NCBI GenBank assembly: GCA_027078545.1
Contig: JALWXN010000004.1
Location: forward strand, 864,001 to 928,000
Direction of reading: 5' to 3'
DNA: 64,000 nt
From: Nitrososphaeria archaeon
GTDB taxonomy: Archaea > Thermoproteota > Nitrososphaeria > Geothermarchaeales > JDFR-13
In this document: positions 57,052-64,000 of the stretch, in pieces
How positions within the stretch are numbered: position 1 is the first letter of the stretch
Layout: each line of letters opens with the position of its first letter
Notes under the pieces: model-generated
Database searches by the model: none
Seen by the model: the letters and a program-made list of their open reading frames with translations, nothing else
Told to the model about the DNA's origin: nothing
Program-made: the position numbers and the translations under genes

Positions 57052-58470
57052 ATGCTGAAGCTACTAGACCTCTTCGAGGCGGACGACCCGATAAGCCTGA
57101 GCGAGAAGTACTATGAAAGGTTAAAGAGATGGGAGGAGAGGATAAACATCTTCATAACACTGAGGGAGTGGGGGGAGATCCAGCTTGTCCACGAGCCTGG
57201 TAAGCCCCTCTCAGGAGGCCTGATACCCGTCAAGGACAACATATCAACAAGGGGGGTGAGAACCACCTGTGGAAGCAGGATACTCGAGAACTACATACCC
57301 CCCTATGACGCCTATGCCGTGGAGAGGCTGGGGGAGATAGGCCTAAAAGTGGTTGGGAAGACCAATATGGACGAGTTCGGGATGGGGAGCACCGGGGAGA
57401 ACAGCGGGTATGGACCGACACGTAATCCATGGAACACCAGCCACGTCCCCGGGGGAAGCAGCTCAGGGAGCGCAGCAGCTGTAGCGGTGGCTGGCGGGAC
57501 TTCCCTCGGGAGCGATACTGGTGGTAGTGTCAGGCTACCAGCTGCATACTGCTACGTACTGGGTTTGAAGCCGACATACGGCCTGGTGAGCCGCTACGGA
57601 CTAGTATCCTACGCCGATAGCCTGGAGCAGATCGGGATACTCGCTAGATACCCGGAGGACATGGCCTACATACTATACCACATATCCAAGCTCGATAAGA
57701 GGGACATGACCATGCCACGTACAGAGGATAGGGAGGAGCTTAGGGAGAGGCTTATAAACCTCTACACCGGAGGAGCCGATGGGCTGGAGGGGTTGAGGAT
57801 AGGCTACTCCCCAGAACTGATAGAGATGGCCGACGATGCCGTGGCGAGGGAGGCATACCGGGCGCTGAATAAGCTGGTCGAGCTGGGGGTAGAGACCCTT
57901 GAGATAGACCTGGGATTCATGGAGGCAGGCCTACCCACCTACTACGCCATAGCTATGGCCGAGGCATCCTCGAACCTGATGAGGTACGACGGCGTCCTAT
58001 ACGGCTACATGGAGAGGGAGGGGGAATACTGGAGCAGCGTATATAGGACACGGGCGCTGAGGCTTGGAGAGGAGGTTAAGAGGCGCATCGTCTACGGCTC
58101 CCTAATAACCTCTGCAGGCTACAGTGGGAGGTACTACATAAAGGCGCTCAGGATAAGGAGGTGGATAAGGGACATGATGATAGATAGGCTTAGGAGGGTC
58201 GACGCCGTGCTGATGCCAACATCACCATCCACACCGCCCAGGCTCGGCGAGGTTGAGGGTGTGGACATGTATGCCCTAGACCTATACACAGTGATACCCA
58301 ACCTAACAGGCCATCCAGCCATAAACATCCCAGCCGGATTCGTGGGCGGCCTACCAGTGGGGATACAGCTTGTAACCAGTTATTTCAACGACGACCTATT
58401 GATAAGGATCGCCAAGGGGCTCGAGGGAGTCCTATACGACCCTTCAAAGGAGGTGGATACCGATGGATAG
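57052..58470 (+). CDS. gatA: Asp/Glu-tRNA amidotransferase subunit A
   Basis: VKDNI, GKTNMDEFGMGS, PGGSSSGSAAA, GSDTGGSVRLPA, EASSNLMRYDG, EVKRRI. Confidence 0.95.
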   Translation: MLKLLDLFEADDPISLSEKYYERLKRWEERINIFITLREWGEIQLVHEPGKPLSGGLIPVKDNISTRGVRTTCGSRILENYIPPYDAYAVERLGEIGLKVVGKTNMDEFGMGSTGENSGYGPTRNPWNTSHVPGGSSSGSAAAVAVAGGTSLGSDTGGSVRLPAAYCYVLGLKPTYGLVSRYGLVSYADSLEQIGILARYPEDMAYILYHISKLDKRDMTMPRTEDREELRERLINLYTGGADGLEGLRIGYSPELIEMADDAVAREAYRALNKLVELGVETLEIDLGFMEAGLPTYYAIAMAEASSNLMRYDGVLYGYMEREGEYWSSVYRTRALRLGEEVKRRIVYGSLITSAGYSGRYYIKALRIRRWIRDMMIDRLRRVDAVLMPTSPSTPPRLGEVEGVDMYALDLYTVIPNLTGHPAINIPAGFVGGLPVGIQLVTSYFNDDLLIRIAKGLEGVLYDPSKEVDTDG

Positions 58471-58729
58471 GGAGGATGTGGAGAAGGCCTTAAGACTAGC
58501 CGGTATAGGGGACGACCCTGAGAAATATATTGAGCAGCTGGAGAAAGTGGAGAGGCTCTTCAGCCAACTCGACAAGTGGCTCGACGAGGCTCCTGAGAGG
58601 CCTCTCTACCATCCCCTCGACATCAATACAGAGCCAAGGAGGGACGAGCCCAAAACCAGCGACACTAGCACCTGGATAGAGGGGGATGAGGAGGGCTATG
58701 TAGAGGCCCCACCCCTAAGACGTAGATAG
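58463..58729 (+). CDS. gatC: Asp/Glu-tRNA amidotransferase subunit C
   Basis: Size, overlap with gatA, DVEKALRLAGI, RRDEP, GYVEAP. Confidence 0.8.
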   Translation: MDREDVEKALRLAGIGDDPEKYIEQLEKVERLFSQLDKWLDEAPERPLYHPLDINTEPRRDEPKTSDTSTWIEGDEEGYVEAPPLRRR

Positions 58730-59194
58730 GCTCCCCAAGAGACTCTCAACATACCCCTCCTTAACACCCTCGGATACGATGTTGAGTATGAGCCTAGTAT
58801 GGGTCCGGTCGACATACTCGATCCTCTGAACCTCCTTTATGAAGCTGTCCAGCTCACTCCTGGTGCGGAACCATGCATAGAGGGTTATGTCATACTCACC
58901 AGTAATGTCATACACGGCCTGGACATTAGGCATCGATGCCAGTCGCTCCTCAACCTCCCTCAGGAAGCCGCCCCTAACCTTCACATCGATCATCACTGGG
59001 AAGATGTATCCAAGCTTCTCCAGGTCGATATCCACGGTATACCTCCTAATAACCCCCATGTCCTCAAGCCTCTTCCTCCTCGCCTCCACAGTTCCCACGG
59101 AGACGCCCAGCCTCCTAGAGAGTTCACGGCTACTTATACGCCCCTCCCTCAGGAGGATCGAGAGGATCTTGAGGTCCAGCCTATCCAGCTCCAT
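58715..59194 (-). CDS. Lrp/AsnC family transcriptional regulator
   Basis: LDRLDLKILSILLREGRISSRELSRRLGVSVGTVEARRKRLE..GVI, LEKLGY, YDITGEYD. Confidence 0.92.
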   Translation of the reverse strand: MELDRLDLKILSILLREGRISSRELSRRLGVSVGTVEARRKRLEDMGVIRRYTVDIDLEKLGYIFPVMIDVKVRGGFLREVEERLASMPNVQAVYDITGEYDITLYAWFRTRSELDSFIKEVQRIEYVDRTHTRLILNIVSEGVKEGYVESLLGSLSTS

Positions 59195-59339
59195 ATGTAT
59201 CTCTATATGCACCGCCCTACATAAACAAATGTCCAGTTTAGAGTCGACTAGATGGATGAACATTAAACATGTGTCTAGATCCGTTTTATGACTGACCCGT
59301 GAGAAGCTCTTTACATATACATCCATGGGGTGGTAATCC

Positions 59340-60743
59340 TTGGACGAGGTTGTCGAGAAGGTATTCGAGGATATGGAGCTGAACAAGGTGAGGTGGGTAA
59401 CACTCACCTTCACAGACCTAAGGGGCTACCAGAAACAGGTCACGATCAAGAGAAAGCCAGAGAAGGAGTGGCTCGAGAAGCTCTTCAAACGGGGGGTGGG
59501 GAAGCTTGACGGGAGCAGTATCGAGGGGTTCCAAGACATATCGGAGAGCGACCTGATGCTGAGGCCCGACCCCACGACCTACGCGATACTCCCGTGGGCC
59601 GGGGACACCGCCAGGCTAATATCCAACATATTGATCAGGGGTGAGGACTATCCAAAGGACCCCAGGGGAGCCCTAGCCAAGACCGTGGAGAAGATGGGTC
59701 CATACATACCATTGATGGGTGCAGAGGTAGAGTTCTTCATACTCAACGGAATATCCACGGTTGTCAACGACCTGGAATATACATTCCTGACAAGCCTGGA
59801 GACGCTCGAGGCACCAGTTACACAGGGATATCCCTACAGGCCGAAGACCGGGTACTACATGGAGTGGGGCCTCGACACTGTGATAGGCTTTAGGAGGAGG
59901 CTGGTAGAGGTGCTGGAGGGCTGGTTCGGGATGGAGGTCGAGAGCCACCACCACGAGGTGGCCATAGCTGGGCAGAGCGAGATAAACATCAGGTATGGAG
60001 ACCCCGTCTCCACGGCGGACAACGTGATGACCCTGAAATACGTGGCCCGTGTACTGGCTAGGGAGGAGTATGGGGGCATAACACCCCTCTTCATGCCTAA
60101 ACCCATACCTACCGATAACGGCTCAGGCCTACACATGCATATAAGCCTCGTGAGGGATGGTAGGAACATCTTCTACGACCCAGACGACGAGTATGCACAT
60201 CTAAGCCAGGAGGCCAGGTACTTCATAGGTGGGCTGCTCGAGCATGGACGGGCATTGTCAGCACTGGTCTCCCCAACAGTCAACAGCTACCATAGACTAG
60301 TCCCAGGCTACGAGGCACCGATATACCTGACATGGGGAAGGTCCAACAGGAGCGCGGCTGTCAGGGTACCATTCTACGACCCCGAGAGTAGGAATGCGAA
60401 GCTGGAGTATAGACCCCCAGACCCGTCATGCAACCCATACATAGCCATGGCAGGGATACTCGCGGCTGGCATGGACGGATTAAAGAAGAAGAGGGATCCA
60501 GGGCCACCGGTCGATGAGAACGTTTATAAAATGCCTAAGCAGAGGGTTAGGGAGCTGGGTATAAAGACCCTACCAGCCAGCCTACTAGAGGCTCTGGAGG
60601 AGCTGGAGAGCGACATGACATTCCTCGAGAAGTATATCCCGAGGGAGCTCCTAGAGAGCTATATAGAGCTCAAGAGGGAGGAGGCCAAGACACTGGCTAA
60701 GTACCCATCCCCCGCCGAGTTCCAGCTATACTCATCCCTATAG
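59340..60743 (+). CDS. glnA: Glutamine synthetase type I
   Basis: DGSSIEGF, ESDLML.PD, EVEFF, HHHEVA, FMPKP...NGSGLHMH, NSYHRLVPGYEAP, NRSAAVRVP, EYRPPDPSCNPY. Confidence 0.96.
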   Translation: MDEVVEKVFEDMELNKVRWVTLTFTDLRGYQKQVTIKRKPEKEWLEKLFKRGVGKLDGSSIEGFQDISESDLMLRPDPTTYAILPWAGDTARLISNILIRGEDYPKDPRGALAKTVEKMGPYIPLMGAEVEFFILNGISTVVNDLEYTFLTSLETLEAPVTQGYPYRPKTGYYMEWGLDTVIGFRRRLVEVLEGWFGMEVESHHHEVAIAGQSEINIRYGDPVSTADNVMTLKYVARVLAREEYGGITPLFMPKPIPTDNGSGLHMHISLVRDGRNIFYDPDDEYAHLSQEARYFIGGLLEHGRALSALVSPTVNSYHRLVPGYEAPIYLTWGRSNRSAAVRVPFYDPESRNAKLEYRPPDPSCNPYIAMAGILAAGMDGLKKKRDPGPPVDENVYKMPKQRVRELGIKTLPASLLEALEELESDMTFLEKYIPRELLESYIELKREEAKTLAKYPSPAEFQLYSSL

Positions 60744-60751
60744 CCGGCCTA

Positions 60752-60765
60752 CCCACACACTTTTT
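60752..60765 (+). terminator. Putative C-rich/oligo-T terminator of glnA
   Basis: CCCACACACTTTTT. Confidence 0.55.
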
Positions 60766-60862
60766 AAACACTACATTCCTAGAGAGATCCCTGGGAAGCC
60801 TTATTTATAGAGTAGGCCCCGTATAATCTTGTTAGTCCACATCCAAGGAGTTGAAGGAGGAG

Positions 60863-61300
60863 ATGCCGAACGTATTCGTCTTCAACAGCCTGATGAGTAC
60901 CTACCGCCACCCCTGGCGAGAGAGCGTGGAGGACGGGAAGCTGAAGATACTGCTGGGGGCCTACAGGAGGAGCGTAGGCGTACTCGACGAGTACATAATA
61001 GTCTGGAAGAGGGACAGCTCCTACCCATACCTAGTCAGGGACCCCGAGGGCCTAGTAATAGGAGAGGTGATATTCGACGTACCCCAGGACGTTATAGGCG
61101 TCCTAGACGAGTATGAGATGAGTCCGAGGAAGAACTATAGGGTGGAGGAGCAGATACGCCTACCCGATGGACAGGTCGTAGACGCGTTTGTATATGTATG
61201 GAAGGGAGAGGACACCCATGAGAAGGATGAGGAGTTCAGGACACTCCTACCCGCGGATAAGATACCTGAGGAGCTGAAGAGCGAGGTAAAGACCGACTAG
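60863..61300 (+). CDS. Gamma-glutamylcyclotransferase (AIG2/GGACT-like) family protein
   Basis: VFVFNSLM (compare xFVYGTL), YPYL, VIGEV, LDEYE, Y.R, AFVYVW. Confidence 0.75.
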   Translation: MPNVFVFNSLMSTYRHPWRESVEDGKLKILLGAYRRSVGVLDEYIIVWKRDSSYPYLVRDPEGLVIGEVIFDVPQDVIGVLDEYEMSPRKNYRVEEQIRLPDGQVVDAFVYVWKGEDTHEKDEEFRTLLPADKIPEELKSEVKTD

Positions 61301-61302
61301 AG

Positions 61303-62295
61303 ATGCTACGTAGGATAATCGAGACAGTGGGTATAACCATACTCCTACTATTTATCCTAATAGTCCTGGGAGCCATAACCTTCTCCATAATAGAGGGGAG
61401 GAACCTACTAGACTCCCTCTACTACATGATAACCGTCCTAACCACCGTGGGCTTCGGAGACATAACACCCCAGACCGAGCTTGGGAAGATACACTTCATG
61501 ATAACCATCTTCCTAGGCCTAGCACTATTCGGATACTTCATATCCAGCGTATCCTCAATACTTTCTGAGGATAGGCTGGCCAAGCTATTCCCCGGCCTGA
61601 TCGGATATGGAGTGGAGGGGGAGAAATTGAAGAACCACGTGATAATCATAGGGTGGAACGAGTTCGCCAGCAACGCCTACCAGGAGGCGACGCTCAACGG
61701 CATCGAGGTGGTCGTCCTAGTCACCAGTGAGGACCAGGCTAAGACACTGGCGAGGGAGGGGATAACCACCTACCCAGGCAGCCTAGACGACCCAAAGACA
61801 TATGAGGAGCTGAGGATGGAGGAGGCGAGGGGGATAATACTTACCGAGCCAGACCCGACGAGGCTCATCATAGACATCCTGAAGATCAGGAAGAGGGTTA
61901 AGGAGACCCCGATAACCGTGCTTGTATATAGCTCAGAGCTGGAGGACGTCCTGAAGCAGGCGGGAGCCAACTTCGTCCTAAACATAGCCGAGGTGGGTGG
62001 GAGGCTACTAGCCAACAGCGTGATAGAGCCTAGGGCGACACATATAGAGATAGACATGCTGAAGAGGGGCGGCCTAGACATCATGGAGTACGAGGTGAAG
62101 GAGAACCTGACAGGCAAGACCATGGGCGAGGTGGAGGAGGAGATCGGGAGTGATATACTGGCGCTAGTCAGGGGCGACGAGTATATCCTCAAGCCGGACA
62201 GGAACACGAGGCTGAAGCCGGGGGACAGGATAATACTGATGGGCTACAGCGACCAGATGCAGAGGGATATGGATAAGCTGGATAGGAAGGGGTAG
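61303..62295 (+). CDS. Two-TM potassium channel with RCK (TrkA-N/TrkA-C) domains, MthK-like
   Basis: DSLYY..TVLTTVGFGDITP selectivity filter, NHVIIIGW, AGANFV, TRLKPGDRI. Confidence 0.92.
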   Translation: MLRRIIETVGITILLLFILIVLGAITFSIIEGRNLLDSLYYMITVLTTVGFGDITPQTELGKIHFMITIFLGLALFGYFISSVSSILSEDRLAKLFPGLIGYGVEGEKLKNHVIIIGWNEFASNAYQEATLNGIEVVVLVTSEDQAKTLAREGITTYPGSLDDPKTYEELRMEEARGIILTEPDPTRLIIDILKIRKRVKETPITVLVYSSELEDVLKQAGANFVLNIAEVGGRLLANSVIEPRATHIEIDMLKRGGLDIMEYEVKENLTGKTMGEVEEEIGSDILALVRGDEYILKPDRNTRLKPGDRIILMGYSDQMQRDMDKLDRKG

Positions 62296-62326
62296 GGCCG
62301 TCACGGGCTATACGGATCGGGCGGAA

Positions 62327-62334
62327 CACTTTCA
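62327..62334 (+). promoter_or_regulatory. Candidate DNA-damage-responsive element (ANTTTC-type)
   Basis: CACTTTCA about 50 nt upstream of the radA-like start and upstream of a weak TATA (GATATAC). Confidence 0.45.
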
Positions 62335-62384
62335 CACTACACATCACCTGGATGATATACACCTAGGCAGTCCATACACTATTG

Positions 62385-63026
62385 ATGAGGAGCACCGGCG
62401 TATGGTTCCTAGACGAGGTATTCGGCGGTATAAGGCCTGGGAAGACTTATGAGGTGGACGGCTATCCATGGAGCCTCCTAAAGGAGGTTATGCACCGTGT
62501 GGTGGCCCACCTCTCCATGGAGAGCCGCGTAGTCATCATATATGGACAGTACTTCGACGGGCTTGATCCATACCTCCTGATAAGGATTGGGCGTGAAGAA
62601 GGGCTAGACACGGGCCTCCTGAAGAGGAATATAAGGCTCGCCCGCTGCTTCAAGGGGGAGGACATGGCGACGAATATCAGGAGGGGTGTTAGGACGGCTG
62701 GATACCTATTGGTGGTCGACCCCTACCTACACACCTACATGACTGGTAGGGCCGATCTCTATCCCATGATAGCCTCCGAACTATACAGGGCCAAGATGAG
62801 GGGTAGGGGGATACTCATCTTCAACAGGATAAGGTGGGATGGGAAGCCCCTAGGCGGAAACCTCCATCGACACTCCCTCGACTATGTAGCCAGGCTCGTT
62901 ATGATGGATAGGCTTATACATGTGGAGCTGGTGAAGGCACTGGACAGGCCATCCATAAGCTTCGCCATCGACTCCTCAAACCCCTGGAGAAGGGGGATAC
63001 AACACCTCCTCGACAGGTGGATATGA
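62385..63026 (+). CDS. Inactivated RadA/RecA-fold protein of the PolB2 cassette
   Basis: STGVWFLDEVFGGI..G...EV.G with no Walker A GKT; GLDPY, NIRLARCF, PLGG..H..D. Confidence 0.8.
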   Translation: MRSTGVWFLDEVFGGIRPGKTYEVDGYPWSLLKEVMHRVVAHLSMESRVVIIYGQYFDGLDPYLLIRIGREEGLDTGLLKRNIRLARCFKGEDMATNIRRGVRTAGYLLVVDPYLHTYMTGRADLYPMIASELYRAKMRGRGILIFNRIRWDGKPLGGNLHRHSLDYVARLVMMDRLIHVELVKALDRPSISFAIDSSNPWRRGIQHLLDRWI

Positions 63027-63027
63027 G

Positions 63028-63294
63028 ATGGGGAGGTCTATACCCAGCCCAACCAGGCATATAGACCGTGAGATAAGGAGGATTAGGAGGCTGGCCAGGA
63101 GATACCCGATGTATAGAGAGGGGCTCGAGAGGCTGGCGAGGATACTGAGGAGGCGGAGGAGCATAGTATACCTCCTAACCGACCCTGAGGACGTGGCCGA
63201 CCTACCATACCTAGTCGCCGCATCGGTGCTACAGGGTGGTGAGGATGGGGACGGGCTGGATACTCAGGGTATTGAGAGACCTAGAGAGGGATAG
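63028..63294 (+). CDS. Small helical PolB2-associated protein (arCOG07300-like)
   Basis: MGRSIPS N-terminus typical of this family; sits between the radA-like gene and polB2. Confidence 0.7.
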   Translation: MGRSIPSPTRHIDREIRRIRRLARRYPMYREGLERLARILRRRRSIVYLLTDPEDVADLPYLVAASVLQGGEDGDGLDTQGIERPREG

Positions 63295-64000
63295 ATACGT
63301 ACTCGTCATCAGGGAGTTTAGTGGTAGGAAGATCCTCAGGGACCTAGTGCACCACCCCTCGATATACGTCAGCGGGGATAGGGAGGACCTGAGGGAGCTG
63401 CTTAGGGGGCTGGAGGCCTCGGACTACCTAGTCGACTATGTATATGAGGAGTGGCTCCTCCCACCCTGGTATAGGAGGAGGGGGAGGATACTTAGGATAG
63501 ACCTGCCAGGCCCTAGGGAGTATGACGAGGTCCTTAGACACCTTAGGCTGGACGGGAGGTATAGGCTGTGGAACACCTATCCAAGCGACACCCAGATGAC
63601 GATGTATAGGATGGGGATAGCCCCCTCACTACTCCTCAGGACAATGGATCTCCACCCAATAGACAATCCATGGGACATGAACTATCTAGAGCCCAGGTTC
63701 AGAAGGGTGGTCATAAGGCTCCTAGACTGGTACGGAGAGGTGGTGAATCCATGGGCTAAGGAGCCGACGATCTACGAGGTGTCCTACAACCTGGATGGCT
63801 ACTGGGACGAGGCTATCTATAGAGGGCTGGACAGCCTCATAGACGACCTGAGGGAGTACGACCCCGACGTGGTGGAGTTCACCTCATCATCCGCATATAT
63901 ATGGCTGAGGGAGAGGGATGAGTTCTTCAGAGACACTTCGAGGGCATATATAGACTATGAGAGGAACGTCCTGGAGCCCCATGAATACCACGGCTTCATA
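63245..64000 (+). CDS. Family B DNA polymerase PolB2/Dpo2, N-terminal part; runs off the window and is missing from the ORF track
   Basis: ATG 63245 after GGTGAGG; MGTGWIL..., PSIYV, EEWLLPPWY, LWNTYPS..Q; frame stays open to the window end; cassette context. Confidence 0.75.
   Translation, partial: MGTGWILRVLRDLERDRYVLVIREFSGRKILRDLVHHPSIYVSGDREDLRELLRGLEASDYLVDYVYEEWLLPPWYRRRGRILRIDLPGPREYDEVLRHLRLDGRYRLWNTYPSDTQMTMYRMGIAPSLLLRTMDLHPIDNPWDMNYLEPRFRRVVIRLLDWYGEVVNPWAKEPTIYEVSYNLDGYWDEAIYRGLDSLIDDLREYDPDVVEFTSSSAYIWLRERDEFFRDTSRAYIDYERNVLEPHEYHGFI

Noticed and set aside
28704-59413. Extended N-termini in the ORF track (e.g. ppdK 31520, ASCH 35201, macrodomain 40066, Lrp 59413)
   Set aside because: The extensions overlap neighbouring genes or promoters; downstream ATGs match family N-termini and SD positions.
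59340-60743. GlnA as a gamma-glutamyl-polyamine ligase linked to the pot transporter
   Set aside because: Ammonium-site features of true glutamine synthetase (DGSS, GYEAP flap) are intact.
230-62665. Numerous antisense or shadow ORFs in the ORF track (e.g. 7464-8003, 15940-16590, 32877-33515, 37920-38567)
   Set aside because: They lie opposite well-supported genes, many are Ser/Leu/Ile/Pro-rich mirrors of host codon bias, and they have no recognisable motifs.
1-64000. Mobile elements, provirus, defence systems, tRNA/rRNA genes
   Set aside because: I recognised no transposase, integrase, terminal repeats, cas or restriction genes, or cloverleaf/rRNA sequence; intergenic gaps are short and otherwise explained.

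Overview
Gene-dense 64-kb segment of a thermophilic archaeal chromosome. It is probably TACK/Thermoproteota-type, inferred from AGG/ATA-rich codons, GGAGG/GGTGA ribosome-binding sites, TATA promoters, oligo-T terminators, a geranylgeranyl reductase and a PolB2 cassette; the lineage cannot be fixed from the sequence alone. The content suggests a peptide-scavenging heterotroph: S8, S1, metzincin-like, M28 and S9 peptidases, branched-chain amino acid and polyamine ABC transporters, IlvA/RidA, PPDK, GlnA, and tRNA-modification and translation genes. I saw no CRISPR array, rRNA, tRNA or transposase. Highlights: (1) a three-gene operon in which a PRC-barrel protein and two membrane-anchored extracellular proteases all end in the same cytoplasmic zinc ribbon; (2) two copies of a module pairing a membrane-tethered winged-helix regulator with a secreted helical protein, each with helically phased promoter repeats; (3) an ASCH (YqfB-like, possible ac4C hydrolase) gene overlapping the ac4C writer tmcA; (4) a GatB-AspRS fusion heading a gatA-gatC operon; (5) an unannotated box C/D sRNA whose guides match 16S rRNA, one of them the anti-Shine-Dalgarno end; (6) an arrestin-fold protein with a C-terminal winged helix. 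All calls come from motif recognition by eye; no database search was run.
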